Shown here: one piece after another, positions 1 through 11,800 of the stretch
Numbering within the stretch: position 1 is the first letter of the stretch
How the letters are laid out: every line of letters begins with the position of its first letter
Source of the DNA: an uncultured Chthonomonadaceae bacterium
GTDB lineage: Bacteria; Armatimonadota; Chthonomonadetes; Chthonomonadales; Chthonomonadaceae
DNA length: 64,000 nt
Assembly (NCBI GenBank): GCA_963835065.1
Contig: CAWIEK010000051.1
Location: 1 to 64,000 of the forward strand
Reading direction: 5' to 3'
Program-made: the position numbers and the translations under genes
Notes under the pieces: model-generated
Seen by the model: only the letters and a program-made list of their open reading frames with translations
Databases searched by the model: none
Told to the model about the DNA's origin: nothing

Positions 1-6
1 GCGAAG

Positions 7-49
7 TTGGTTTGAAGGTCCCTCCGCACAGGGACACCCTTCAAACCAA
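7..49. repeat. Imperfect hairpin (terminator- or REP-like)
   Basis: TTGGTTTGAAGG (7-18) pairs with CCTTCAAACCAA (38-49); inner GTCCCT/AGGGAC stem. Confidence 0.55.
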
Positions 50-262
50 TTCCCTATGACGGTTGCAGAAACCGGGGCAGACTCTGCTATTGACTGGTAT
101 ACTACTCGTAGAAAATCATGTCTCACGCGCTCGTACGCGCAATTTTTAACGTGACATTGTGAACCCGCTTTATCATTTGCCCCGTCGCTCCGGTACTGTG
201 TGACCGGCTGCGAACTTTTCCACAGGTTTGGCGGCGCTCATTGCCGGAAAGAGAGACCGAGA

Positions 263-2839
263 ATGCGCTCGTGGCTCCCATTTATACTGCCGATAAGTTC
301 CGTGCCGCTTTTGGCGACAGCACTTCTGCTTCCCTCGAACGGACAGACCAGGCAGAAGACAACTCCGAAGCCGCATGTCTCCGCTCCCGCACAAGCCGCG
401 CCGGATACCGCAGCCTTCGATAAATCCGCCTTTGATAAAACCACAACCGCGTTTTTTACCCAAAGCTGCGCGTCCTGCCACAATGCCAAAGCCAAAGCGG
501 GCGGGCTGGATTTGCAGTCTCTCAGCCATGCGGGTTCCTTCCGTGCTTCCCTCACGCGCAGCCGCGAAACATGGGAAAGTATCGTCCGCAAAGTTCGTAC
601 CGGAGAAATGCCGCCGCCGGGTTCGCCGAAGCCGAGTGGGGCGCAGGTCAAGGACGTGACGCAGCGTATCGAGGCCGAACTCGAACGCGCGGATCGCCTT
701 GCCGCTTCCAATCCGGGCAGAGTGACCGCGCGGCGATTGAACCGCGCCGAATATAACAACACGGTTCACGACCTGCTTGGCGTCAACATCCGGCCTGCCG
801 ACGATTTTCCGCAGGATGATTCCGGCTATGGTTTCGATAACAATGGCGATGTGCTTTCCCTGGCTCCCGCGCAGATGGATCGCTATCTGGCGTCCGCCGA
901 AAAGCTGGCGCGAACGGCGATTTACGGCCCGGAGATACTGAAGCCGACGCTGGCGCGGCATGACGCTTCGGGCCGTAACATCGTGCCGGCCTTCAAGGTT
1001 CCGGCGAGTTACGACGCTTCCGGCCTGACGGTTCCCAATTCCTTCCATGTCACGCATCGGTTCCCCGCCGATGGCGAGTACCTGTTTCGCACCCGATTGG
1101 ACGGCCTGCGCCCGCTCGGTTCCGAAGCGCTGCACTTTGGTATCTGGATAGACGGCAAGCAGATGGAGGAGCAGGCGTTCGACCCAACCGGGGATGCCGC
1201 CTTCAACCCGGATCGTCAGGATTTTTCCGGCAGAACGGTGGAATGTCGGCTCAGAGTGACGGGGGGCGAGCATTGGATTGCCGCCACTGTGGGACGGATG
1301 TACGAGGGCCTGCCAAAAGAGGTTGGCGGGCCGAACCCGTCGCAAAAAACCGTTGCCCCGCCCGTCTTCAAGCCGTTCCCCGGCCTGCCCCCGGAACGCA
1401 TCGCGGAGTTTCGCAAGCGCTTTGAAGCCCGCCAGAAGGAAAAGGTTGTTGTCAACGACGCGCGGGTGAGCGGGCTGGAAATCGGCGGGCCGTACAATCA
1501 GGCCAAGGGGCCGTCCGAGACAAGCCTGCGCAAAGTGTTCACCTGCGGGCATCTGCATGGCGGGCATAATGCAGCCTGCGCCCATAAGATCATCAGCGAT
1601 TTTGCGAGCCGCGCCTTCCGCCGCCCCGTGACGGAACGGGAAATCAACCGCTTTACAAATCTCGTGACTCTGGCCCGTAAGCAGGGCAACTCGTTTGAAG
1701 AAGGAATTTGCCTCGCGCTGGAGGGAATTCTGGTATCGCCACATTTCCTGTACCGTATCGAGCAAGATCCAACCGTAACACAAGCCCGACCGGTAACAAG
1801 CGGCGACACGTCCCACCTGATTACGCAGCATGAACTGGCGTCGCGCCTGTCCTACTTTTTGTGGAGCAGTATGCCGGATGAACAACTTCGCGCCTGCGCC
1901 GATAAGCAGACATTGCGCAGTCCCGGCGTCTTAGCCGCGCAGGTTCGGCGGATGCTGAAAAACCCTCGTTCGAGTGCGCTGTCGCAGAACTTTTCCGGGC
2001 AATGGCTGCAATTCCGCGCCCTTGAATCGGTCAAGCCGGATCGTCAGCGCTTTCCCGACTTTGACGAATACCTGCGCATGTCCATGCGCCATGAAACCGA
2101 AATGTTTTTCGACAACCTGATGCGTGAGGATCGCAGTATTCTCGACCTGCTGGTGGGGAAATACACGTTTCTCAACGGGCGACTGGCGAATTTTTATGGC
2201 ATTGGGGGCGTGGAGGGGCCGGAGTTTCGCAAGGTTGATTTGACCGGCACGCCACGCGGGGGAATCTTGACGCAGGCAAGCGTTCTGACCGTCACTTCGT
2301 ATGCCAACCGAACGTCGCCCGTGCTGCGCGGCAAGTGGATACTGGAAAACATTCTCAATTCCGCGCCTCCGCCCCCGCCGCCGGGCGTACCTAACCTGGA
2401 CGTGTCCACCGTCGGCTCGGAAGCGTCGCTGCGGCAGCAGTTGGAAGCCCATCGGAAGAACCCGACGTGCGCCGCCTGCCATGCGCGTATGGATCCGCTC
2501 GGCTTCGGGCTGGAAAATTTCGATGCGGTCGGCGCGTGGCGGACCAATGACGGCAAAATCCCGATTGACGCTTCCGGTTCGCTCCCGGACGGGCGCAATT
2601 TCAACGGGCCGGACGGCATGAAGGGGATTTTGAAGGCCGACCAAACGGTGTTCGCGCAGTGCCTGACCGCCAAACTGCTCACGTATGCGCTGGGGCGCGG
2701 ACTTGAGCGCTATGACAACGCAACCGTGAAAGCCATCACGCAGCATATCGCCCTAAGCGACTACCGTTTTTCTAACCTCGTTCTCGAAATCGTTGCCAGC
2801 AAGCCCTTTCAGATGCGCAAAGGAGACAAAGCCAAGTGA
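263..2839 (+). CDS. DUF1592/DUF1588/DUF1587/DUF1585/DUF1595 (PSD/PSCyt) cytochrome c-type exported protein
   Basis: Signal-like N-terminus; CASCH and CAACH haem motifs; RRLNRAEYNNTV, ELASRLSYFLWSSMPD, TSPVLRGKWILE, LLTYALGR family motifs; ATG at 263 chosen over the track GTG at 200. Confidence 0.9.
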   Translation: MRSWLPFILPISSVPLLATALLLPSNGQTRQKTTPKPHVSAPAQAAPDTAAFDKSAFDKTTTAFFTQSCASCHNAKAKAGGLDLQSLSHAGSFRASLTRSRETWESIVRKVRTGEMPPPGSPKPSGAQVKDVTQRIEAELERADRLAASNPGRVTARRLNRAEYNNTVHDLLGVNIRPADDFPQDDSGYGFDNNGDVLSLAPAQMDRYLASAEKLARTAIYGPEILKPTLARHDASGRNIVPAFKVPASYDASGLTVPNSFHVTHRFPADGEYLFRTRLDGLRPLGSEALHFGIWIDGKQMEEQAFDPTGDAAFNPDRQDFSGRTVECRLRVTGGEHWIAATVGRMYEGLPKEVGGPNPSQKTVAPPVFKPFPGLPPERIAEFRKRFEARQKEKVVVNDARVSGLEIGGPYNQAKGPSETSLRKVFTCGHLHGGHNAACAHKIISDFASRAFRRPVTEREINRFTNLVTLARKQGNSFEEGICLALEGILVSPHFLYRIEQDPTVTQARPVTSGDTSHLITQHELASRLSYFLWSSMPDEQLRACADKQTLRSPGVLAAQVRRMLKNPRSSALSQNFSGQWLQFRALESVKPDRQRFPDFDEYLRMSMRHETEMFFDNLMREDRSILDLLVGKYTFLNGRLANFYGIGGVEGPEFRKVDLTGTPRGGILTQASVLTVTSYANRTSPVLRGKWILENILNSAPPPPPPGVPNLDVSTVGSEASLRQQLEAHRKNPTCAACHARMDPLGFGLENFDAVGAWRTNDGKIPIDASGSLPDGRNFNGPDGMKGILKADQTVFAQCLTAKLLTYALGRGLERYDNATVKAITQHIALSDYRFSNLVLEIVASKPFQMRKGDKAK

Positions 2840-4192
2840 ATTTTATTACCAAAAATGCGTTATCGCGGCGAACGTTCTTGCGGGGCGTGGGCGCGGCCAT
2901 TGCCCTCCCGATGCTGGACGCGATGACGCCCGCCCTTGCCGCCGCCAGTCGTGTCAGCAAATCGCCCGTGCGCCTTGTCTTCGCGTATGTCCCGAACGGC
3001 ATTATAATGAAGGACTGGACGCCCAAAACGGTTGGCGGTGGCTATGAAATGACGCGGATTCTGGCTCCATTGAAAGCGTACAGCGACGACATGCTGCTGC
3101 TTTCCGGGCTGGCCGATCACAACGGCAACGAATTGGGCGACGGGCCGGGCGACCATGCCCGCGCGGGCGCGTCGTTTCTGACGGGCGTTCACTGCCGCAA
3201 AACCAGTGGCGCGGACATCCACAGCGGCGTTTCCGCCGATCAAATCGCCGCCCGCGCGTTCGGTTCGCAGACGCGGTTTGCCTCGCTGGAATTGGGCTGC
3301 GAGGACTCTCGAACGGTGGGCAACTGCGATTCGGGGTATAGCTGCGCGTACACCAACAGCATCTCGTGGCGCAGCCCGACAACGCCCATGCCGCCCGAAG
3401 TGAACCCGCGCCTTGTTTTCGAGCGCCTGTTCGGTTCGGAAGACTTCGGTCTGGACCCGGCAACCCGCGCCCGCCGCGCCGGTTATCGTAAAAGCATTTT
3501 AGACATGGTGCGCGAAGACACGCAAACGCTGTCCGGCACGTTGGGGCAGGCGGACAGGCGCAAAATGGACGAGTACCTGACAAGCGTACGCGAGATCGAA
3601 ATGCGTATCCAGAACGCCGAGCGCGGCAATCACGCCGCTTCGCCGGGTATCGAAAAGCCGGACGGCATCCCCGTCACCTTTGCCGAGTATGTGTCCCTGA
3701 TGTTCGATTTGCAGGTCGCCGCTCTGCGGGCGGATATGACGCGGGTTTCCACGATGATGATCGGGCGCGAAGGCAGTATGCGAACGTATCCCGAAATCAA
3801 CATTGCGGACAGCCACCATCCGCTCACGCACCACCGCAACAACCCCGAATTCATCGAAAAAGTGACGCAAATCAACACGCTGCATACCACCCTGCTCGCG
3901 CAGTATCTTGGCAAACTAAAGGCTACGCCTGACGGTGACGGCACACTCCTCGACAACTCTCTCGTCGTGTACGGCAGCGGTTTAGGAGACGGCAACCGCC
4001 ACACCCACGAGAACCTGCCCATCCTGGTTGCCGGGCGGGGCGGCGGCAGCGTCAAGCCGGGACGCCACATCGCTTACGAAAAAGAAACGCCCATCGCCAA
4101 CCTGTACATGACCCTGCTGGATCGCGCCGGGCGTCCATCCCGATTCCATCGGCGACAGCACCGGCAAACTGGTTCAGCTTGATTCGGTGTGA
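2836..4192 (+). CDS. DUF1552 domain protein with Tat signal; probable 1-nt indel near 4130
   Basis: SRRTFLRG Tat motif, SHHPLTHH; overlaps upstream gene; the family-typical C-terminus GVHPDSIGDSTGKL lies in a shifted frame ending TGA at 4190-4192. Confidence 0.88.
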
Positions 4193-4270
4193 AATAGGGA
4201 AACGTTCCCTCCGACAAAAAATTAGAGACAAGTTATGGTAGGCTGTAGGCGCAACTGTTGTCACATCGCC

Positions 4271-4300
4271 TTGACAGAAGAGTTTGCCCTGTGTTATCAT
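4271..4300 (+). promoter_or_regulatory. Sigma70-type promoter of the TA operon
   Basis: TTGACA-N18-TATCAT with TGn extension, 35 nt before the antitoxin ATG. Confidence 0.5.
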
Positions 4301-4334
4301 GGAATTCGCTGCAAATTACATGAAGGATGAGGCT

Positions 4335-4622
4335 ATGATTAGTATTGAGGATATTTATTCGTTGAGCGAGTTTCAGCGCAATACCAAAGACTTTCTGGCG
4401 CGGATGAAGCAGAGCCGAACACCGGTGGTGCTGACCGTCAACGGCAAAGCGGAAGTGGTTGTTCAGGATGCCGCCAGTTATCAGGAGATGCTAAACCGTC
4501 TGGAGCGCGCTGAGGCTGTCAGCGCCATTCGTCAGGGTATCACGGACTTTGCGAATGGCAACGATGTAGATGCGGATGAGGCGTTGGAGAAGATCAGGAC
4601 GAAACATGGCATATCGCGTTAG
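4335..4622 (+). CDS. Phd/YefM family antitoxin
   Basis: SLSEFQRN...PVVLTVNGKAEVVV; overlaps toxin gene. Confidence 0.9.
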   Translation: MISIEDIYSLSEFQRNTKDFLARMKQSRTPVVLTVNGKAEVVVQDAASYQEMLNRLERAEAVSAIRQGITDFANGNDVDADEALEKIRTKHGISR

Positions 4623-4956
4623 GTTCTCCCAAACAGCAGTTGCGGATGCCGATGCTATCTACGAGTGGATGAAAACTCACTACTCTGAAAAGACGGCAAC
4701 AAAATGGTACAACGGCCTTGTTGATGCCGTTCAGACATTGAAAGAGTTTCCGAACAGCTTTCCCTACGCGCCGGAGCGCGAGGAAACCGGAATGGAACTT
4801 CGACAGTTACTTTATGGCAAACGCAGCGCTGTCTACCGGGTTATATTCGCTGTCGAGTGGGATGACCGACTGGAGCAGGATGTTGTGCGTGTTTTCCGCG
4901 TATGGCATGGCGCAAGGGACAGAATTACGAAAGCTGATCTTGAAGGCGACGAGTAA
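4606..4956 (+). CDS. RelE/ParE family toxin
   Basis: MAYRVRFS...LKEFPN...YRVIF...VFRVWHGAR. Confidence 0.88.
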   Translation: MAYRVRFSQTAVADADAIYEWMKTHYSEKTATKWYNGLVDAVQTLKEFPNSFPYAPEREETGMELRQLLYGKRSAVYRVIFAVEWDDRLEQDVVRVFRVWHGARDRITKADLEGDE

Positions 4957-5070
4957 GCGAGTACGGGAGTATAGTATACTCGCCTGCTCAACCACTTGAC
5001 AGTCTGATTCGGTTCGCCACTGCCCTCTTTGTAACTACTTCTAAATCGGGAGTACGCCGAAAGTAAACCC

Positions 5071-5289
5071 ATGAAAATCAGCTACGATCAGGAAGTAGAC
5101 GCTTTAAGCATTCTGTTCCGCGAAACTACGGTAACAACGCAGGAACTGGCGGAAGGTATCGCTGCCGAATACGACGCGGACGGCCAACTGGCAGGAATCG
5201 AAATACTGGATGCGGCGCGGCGTTTCGGCGGCCCGGAAACCTTGCGCCAGATTGTCGTGGAAGGCATCGGCCCCATGCTCCGCAAATAG
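5071..5289 (+). CDS. DUF2283 domain small protein
   Basis: MKISYDQEVDALSI...AGIEILDA motif. Confidence 0.8.
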   Translation: MKISYDQEVDALSILFRETTVTTQELAEGIAAEYDADGQLAGIEILDAARRFGGPETLRQIVVEGIGPMLRK

Positions 5290-5508
5290 GGCTGCGATTA
5301 AGAGGATTTGGGCTGCCGTACCCGGACGAGCAGTTGGCTATCCGTGATGGCGCTGGCAATGACGGACACCCGCGAAGCGCGTCAACTCACGCAGGTAGAA
5401 ATTGGAAGCGTATCAGAAGCTACAGGGCGTTCCGCCAATCGGTCTGCGACCGGAACACGTATTTTCTTGAACATTTCTAACGCGCATACGAGATGTAGGG
5501 AGAACGAA

Positions 5509-8151
5509 ATGCCCCTGCCAAGTGGAACTATCACCTTTCTTTTCACAGACGTTGAGGGCAGCACCAAATTGTGGGAACACTACCCTGACACAATGCCCGC
5601 GTCCCTTGAGGCTCACGATGTTTTGATGCGCCGCGCTATTGAGACAAACAATGGCTACGTGTTCAAAACCGTTGGGGATGCGTTCTGCGCCGCCTTTGCC
5701 ACGCCACAAGACGCCATCAACGCCGCCCTGTCTGCGCAGTTAGATTTGTGTACCCATGCCTGGGGAGCAACGGGCGCGCTGCGCGTTCGTATGGGCGTAC
5801 ATACAGGCACGGCGCAGGAACGGGACAACGATTATTTTGGTCCAACGCTAAATCGCGCTGCGCGTCTGGAAGCGCTGGCGTATGGCGGACAAATCCTGTT
5901 GTCACAAGCGGCCTATGACATGGTACAGGATAATCCGCCCGAAGGCGTCAGCCTCAAGTTCCTGGGAGCGCACCGCCTCAAAGATTTACAACGCCCCGAA
6001 CACGCTTATCAACTGCTTCATTCCGAACTGCCTTCCGAGTTCCCGCCCCTTAAATCTCTGGACGCCCTGCCCAACAACCTGCCGCAGCAGATGACCAGTT
6101 TCGTGGGGCGAGAACAACAATTGCAAGAGGTCGAGCAGTTGTTGTGCCGAACGCGCATGCTAACCCTTGCAGGCAGCGGGGGAACGGGCAAAACCCGGCT
6201 TTCCCTGCAAGTCGGAGCGGACGTACTGGAACAATATGTAGATGGCGTATGGCTGGTGGAATTGGCTTCCCTGTCCGCCCCGACGCTGATTGCACAGGCA
6301 GTTGCGGCGGTTCTGAAAGTACAGGAGGAAGCAGGCCATTCGCTTCTTGCAACGCTGACAGAGTATTTGAAAAGCAAAACTCTGCTGCTTATTCTGGATA
6401 ACTGCGAGCATTTGATTGAGGCTTGCGCGCATCTTGCCGACACATTGCTCAAAAACTGTTCCGGTCTGCGCGTACTCGCCAGCAGCCGCGAAGGATTAGG
6501 CATTGCAGGTGAGGTAACGTATCGCGTTCCCTCGCTTGCCTGCCTGAATCCTCGCAATTTGCCCTCCGGGCAAGATCGTGTGTCCGCTTTGATGCAGTGC
6601 GATGCGGTAAGGCTGTTTATGGAGCGGGCAACGGCCTCACAGCCGAATTTTACGATCACTCATGCCAACGCGCTTGCGGTGGCGCAGATATGTCACCGTC
6701 TGGACGGCATCCCGCTTGCTGTTGAACTCGCTGCCGTGCGGGTCAAAGTGTTAAGCGCCGAACAAATTGCCGCCAAACTGGATGACTGCTTCCGCCTGCT
6801 CACGGGCGGCAACCGTACCGCGTTGCCGCGCCAGCAAACTCTACGCGCCCTGATTGACTGGAGCTACGACTTGCTGAACGATCAGGAAAAGGCGTTGCTC
6901 AGTCGCCTGTCGGTTTTCGCTGGTGGCTGGACGTTGGACGCTTGCGAAAAAATCGCCGCAGACGACAACCTGGAAGCGTGGGACATATTGGATTCACTGT
7001 CCGCGCTGGTAGACAAGTCGCTGGTAGTCTGCGAAGAAAGCCGGGGCGAATCGCGTTACCGCCTGCTGGAAACCATTCGGCAGTACGCCCATGAGAAGCT
7101 GTTGGCAAGTGGGCAGAGTGTTGCTTTATGCAAACGCCATCGGGATTATTACCTTGCGCTGGCCGAAGACTGCAAGCCCAAGCTGCGCGGCGCGGAACAA
7201 GCCGCAATCCTGTCACTGCTGGAAGTGGAAATGGACAACTTGCGGATAGCCCTGAAGTTTTGCTGTGAAGATGCGGAAAGCGCCGAAATTGGGCTGCGAT
7301 TTGCAGGAGCCTTATGGAGAATGTTTTTAATTCGCGGTCATCTGGCGGAGGTACGCGCCTATCTGAGCATCCTGCTCAACTGTCCTGATGCGCAATCCCC
7401 TACTCTGGCGCGCGCCGACGCGCTCACCGGAGCCGGGAATCTGGCGCATTTGCAGGGAGAAATGGAGCAGGCGTACGTGCTGCATGAGGAGAGTTTGGCA
7501 ATCAAGCGCATTATGGGTGACAAGCAGGGTATTGCCGCAGCGTTATGTAATCTGGGACTACTGGCGCAGGAGCAGGGTGATTATGACCGCGCGTTGTCGT
7601 TACAGCAGGAGAGCCTCGCGCTGTATCGCGAAATGGACGACAAGTATAGCGTTGCCCGCACACTTGGAAATTTAGGACTTCTCGCACTGGAGGCAAACAA
7701 CAGCGAACTCGCCCGCGCCCTGCATAAAGAAAGTTTGACACTGCGCCGTGAACTAAAAGACTCACATGGTATAACAATCGCGTTAGGCAACCTCGGACTT
7801 GTAGCGTTACAGCAGGGTGACTGCGATGGCGCACAATTGTGCTTAGTAGAGTGCCTTACACTCTGCCGCAATTTGGCAGAAAAATTTGTCACACCTTATG
7901 CTTTGGAAGGGTTCGCCGCACTTGCAAAAATGCGAAAGCAAGCGGAGCGCGCGACACAACTTTATGGTGCAGCAACAGCACTCCGCGAAGCTATTAAATC
8001 GCCCCTTCCCCTCAAAGACCAAAAAGACACTGCGCAAGTTCTAACCGAATTGCAGCAAATTTTGGGACAAGAAATCTTTGCCCAATCCTATGCAGCAGGA
8101 ACGTCGTTGAATTTGCACGAAGCAATAGAACACGCACTTTGTGGCTGTTAG
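5509..8151 (+). CDS. Class III adenylate/guanylate cyclase + STAND NTPase + TPR protein
   Basis: FTDVEGST, KTVGDAF, VRMGVHTG, NRAARLEA; Walker A GSGGTGKT; LLILDNCEH; GIPLAVELAA; C-terminal TPRs; GGAG RBS before 5509. Confidence 0.92.
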   Translation: MPLPSGTITFLFTDVEGSTKLWEHYPDTMPASLEAHDVLMRRAIETNNGYVFKTVGDAFCAAFATPQDAINAALSAQLDLCTHAWGATGALRVRMGVHTGTAQERDNDYFGPTLNRAARLEALAYGGQILLSQAAYDMVQDNPPEGVSLKFLGAHRLKDLQRPEHAYQLLHSELPSEFPPLKSLDALPNNLPQQMTSFVGREQQLQEVEQLLCRTRMLTLAGSGGTGKTRLSLQVGADVLEQYVDGVWLVELASLSAPTLIAQAVAAVLKVQEEAGHSLLATLTEYLKSKTLLLILDNCEHLIEACAHLADTLLKNCSGLRVLASSREGLGIAGEVTYRVPSLACLNPRNLPSGQDRVSALMQCDAVRLFMERATASQPNFTITHANALAVAQICHRLDGIPLAVELAAVRVKVLSAEQIAAKLDDCFRLLTGGNRTALPRQQTLRALIDWSYDLLNDQEKALLSRLSVFAGGWTLDACEKIAADDNLEAWDILDSLSALVDKSLVVCEESRGESRYRLLETIRQYAHEKLLASGQSVALCKRHRDYYLALAEDCKPKLRGAEQAAILSLLEVEMDNLRIALKFCCEDAESAEIGLRFAGALWRMFLIRGHLAEVRAYLSILLNCPDAQSPTLARADALTGAGNLAHLQGEMEQAYVLHEESLAIKRIMGDKQGIAAALCNLGLLAQEQGDYDRALSLQQESLALYREMDDKYSVARTLGNLGLLALEANNSELARALHKESLTLRRELKDSHGITIALGNLGLVALQQGDCDGAQLCLVECLTLCRNLAEKFVTPYALEGFAALAKMRKQAERATQLYGAATALREAIKSPLPLKDQKDTAQVLTELQQILGQEIFAQSYAAGTSLNLHEAIEHALCGC

Positions 8152-8585
8152 CTTAACACTTCTTTTGTGTCCGAACTATGAAAATCGGCATGACTTGGTA
8201 TGCCGCTCATAGCAAGTTCTACGCCATCATTTTTATTGACAGTCAAAGTAATACCAACAGACTTCAAGATTTGAACATCTTGCCCAGTGTGAGACTGGAT
8301 AGTAGAACTTGAAATTGAAATCTGATGATTGAGAGTCACTGAAGCAACGTCAGGGTTATGGGTTATTGTGCCACCTTCTGGTACTTCCCAATTTGTGAGA
8401 TTCTTGGTAGTGTCTGATGAGTTTTGTTTAAACTCATCATGATGTTCTGTGGTTGCGGAAAGCTTACCACGCAGTATTTGAAGATGCAGAATATACTCTG
8501 CACAAGTCTGCATGATTTCTTTTATCTGTTCAAAATGGTTGTTGTCAGCAGGTGTTCCTGCACTCTCAGGCTGTCCCATTAACAT
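8148..8585 (-). CDS. Hypothetical protein (low GC)
   Basis: 145-aa ORF with GGAGGAG RBS; convergent overlap with the cyclase stop. Confidence 0.55.
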   Translation of the reverse strand: MLMGQPESAGTPADNNHFEQIKEIMQTCAEYILHLQILRGKLSATTEHHDEFKQNSSDTTKNLTNWEVPEGGTITHNPDVASVTLNHQISISSSTIQSHTGQDVQILKSVGITLTVNKNDGVELAMSGIPSHADFHSSDTKEVLS

Positions 8586-8852
8586 CTCCTCCCTAACCGA
8601 AGCGGTTTACATCGTTGAGCCTTATCACTGTTGAAACAAGTAAATGTTACTACATAGTAATATTGCCTGTAACCGAGCAACAAGTACCAACATAACGATT
8701 ATACACTATTCAAACAGAAATTTGTACGTTAAATTACGAATTCTTGGCGCTGTGAAACATTATTCAAGCAGACAGGCGTAGCGAGTACGGTGCGTTGACA
8801 GTATCCGCCGTTATTTAAAATAAGCGTTGACGTTCTGGAAAGAGCAACAGGA

Positions 8853-11800
8853 ATGAACAAAAATCTTGTAAAACGAGGATGGCTTGGCATGGCACTGTCG
8901 CTGATGACGGCGCTAATTGGGATGCAGGGGAACGCGAAAGCGCAGCAAAATCTGCTGCCTGATCCTTCTATCGAAGAAACGCAAGCGCCCAATCGGTACG
9001 GCATCCCCTACCGGAAATGGAGCGGCTGGCTGTACGAGGGCGCGGGCGCGTTCCGCATCGGCAAGGTCGCGCATGAGGGCAAAACAAGCGCGGAGATGGA
9101 CGGCTCTCCCGGCGTAAAAATGCGCCTGTCGAGTCCGCCTGTGACCGTTATGCCGGGGCGCTATCGTTTTACCTGCTATGTGCGCGGGCTGGATGTGGGC
9201 AGCGGCGTTTACGGCTTCAGCGAAGACGTGAATTTTGCCGATGATGCCTACGTTTCGCTGAAAAAGCCGGGAACGTTCGGCTGGACGCGGCTCGAAATCG
9301 TTAAGGACGTGCCCAAATCGCAGGAAGTGGTGTTCCGCATCGGGCTGTGGGGCGCGGGCCGCTTGTGGGTGGATGACGCCCGTTTGGAGCGGGTTTCCGC
9401 CGATACGCCCGTCACCGCTGCGCCCGTGTGGGGCCGGGAAGAAAAGCCGATTGCGCCCCCATCAGCATTGGACGCAAAAACAGCGGTTCACTGCCCCGAC
9501 TGCGGCTATCGGAACCTGCCGGAATGGGCGCATTGTTACGCCTGCGGCGCGGATTTGAACGCCCATGCCGATACGCCCTCCACTCCGCCCGTTCGCCTGC
9601 TTGCCGATTTTGAAAACGGCAAGGTTGACGCCGTTCACGCCGGGAGAGGGCATTGACGTTGCTCCACTTCCCAACGCGCCGCAAAACAAAAGCGCCCATG
9701 CCCTGCGCGTACAAAAAGGCTACGCGATCTGGGACGGGGCGCAGGATTGGACGGGCTACGACTTCTTCAAGGCCGATGTTTACAACCCCGGCGACGAACC
9801 CGCGTCCCTGTATCTCGAAATGCGCGATCAGGGCACGACCGATTACTGGACGCGCGTGAATTACAACACGGTTCTCCCGCCCGGCGCGTCCACGCTGATT
9901 ATTCCCGCCGACCTGTACGTTGGAGAAAAGAGCCGTCCGGGACGGCCGCTGGACAAGGCGCACATTACCCGCCTGGTGCTGAACGCGGACGGCGCGAAAA
10001 CCCCGATTTTCTTTGACAACCTGCGTCTGGAGCGCGACCTGTCGGATCGCGTTCACGTTCCCGGCTTGCAGGCGTTTTCGTTCGGCCCCGAAAGCGGCAC
10101 AAGTATGCGCGGCTTTACGCCCGTTACGCCCGCAACCCTGTACGCGCCCGGACGCGGGTACGGCCTGAAAAACGCCCGCGTGTGGCGCGCAATGGATGCC
10201 TTGCAGCCCGACCCCCTTTATGAGCGCGTGATGTGCATTGAAAGCGGCGGGTTCGCGGTTGATTTGCCGGACGGCAAGTACCACGTTTTTCTTAATCTGG
10301 ACAGTCCCTCCGGTTTTTGGGGCGAGTACCAGACGTATACAAAGCGCATTGTCAAGGCGAACGGCGTACCTGTCGTGCAGGACACGATGGACTTGCCCCG
10401 CTTCCTGCAAAAGTATTTTCGCTATGCCGACGTGGAGGATCGCCCGGAAGACAACACGTTCGACAAGTACCAGCGGACGTACTTTCAGGAAAAAGAGTTC
10501 GACGTGGAGGTAAAGGGCGGGCAGCTGCAATTGGATTTCGAGGGCGAAACGTGGGCGAATACCGTTTCCGCGCTCGTGATTTATCCCCACGCGCAGGCCG
10601 CATTGGGCAAGCAGTACCTTGCCAATCTGCGCGAACGGCGGCGGTTTTACTTCGACAACTACTTCAAGCGCGTCCTGCCCAATCCCCGCCGCGACAGCAA
10701 GGGCGCGATTCCCGCCTTTGTTCCCACCCCGCAGGAGCAGAAGCAGGGCTATGTCCTGTTTGCCCGCGACCCGATGGAAGACGTGCCCATCAACGGCGTT
10801 CCGCGCCGCGAGGAAGTCGGCAAGGCATTGGAAGTTTCTGCGGCTGCCGGGCAACTGGAACCACTCGTGTTTTCCGTGCATGGCCTGCGCGAACAGGGCG
10901 CGGTGTCCGTCTCGGTTTCCGATTTGAAGTCGGCTGGGAGCGTGGTTCCCGCAAGCGATGTGAGGTTGGGCGTCGTCTCGCACCGCTTAACCCGCGTCAC
11001 GGGAGAGGGAACGGTTTACACCATTGCGCCCCGGTTCATTCTGCCGCGTGCCGGAGGAGTGGTTCACAAAGCCAACACCACGACCTTCTGGCTTACCCTC
11101 CACGTTCCGCATACGGTGCAGGCGGGCGAGTATCAGGGCAAAATCACGCTGCGCTTTGCGGACGGGCGAACCGACAGCCTGCCTATTCATGCGCGTTTGT
11201 TTGCCACGCCGCTTGACGAATTGGATGTGCCTGCCGGACCCTGGGGCAGCGCGCTGAGTCTGCCCTGGCAGTCGGCGGATACGGCGGATTACAACCGCGA
11301 GATGTTCCGCAAAAGCCTTGCCAAAATGCGCGAATACGGCTGCACGACGTTTTCCGGCATCCCCACCCTGAACATTCGGAGTTGGAACAACCGCGTACCG
11401 GACATTGACTTCGCGCAGGCAGACCGCGAAATGGCCGACGCCCGCGAGTTGGGCTTCCACAATATCGTCGTCAACTACAACGGCGGCATCGGCGGCTTTA
11501 ACAACTATGTCATAGACGAAGCGGCGATGAAAGCGGCGGGCTTCGCGTCCTACCCGGATTTCCTGCGCGCGATTTTAACGGTTGTGGACGCCCACGCCCG
11601 TACCGCGCACTGGCTGCCCGTCGCGTACAACCTGTGCGACGAGCCGATTGGCGAGGACGCGGTTCAGGCCGGAAGCCAACGCCCGCGCCTGGCGCGAAGC
11701 CGCTCCCGATACGATTCTGACAACAGGCGCGACGAGCGTAACCTCCGCCGCGCCCAATGACCCGCACCTCGCCCTTGCCCGCGCCCTGAAAATCGCCAAC

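Noticed and set aside
173..1885. 570-aa minus-strand ORF and other long antisense ORFs (e.g. 9412-10983, 27101-28819, 39473-41758)
   Set aside because: Shadow frames of GC-rich genes with clear motifs on the opposite strand
5308..5508. N-terminal extension of the cyclase or a riboswitch
   Set aside because: A better RBS and family-typical start lie at 5509; no recognisable riboswitch consensus
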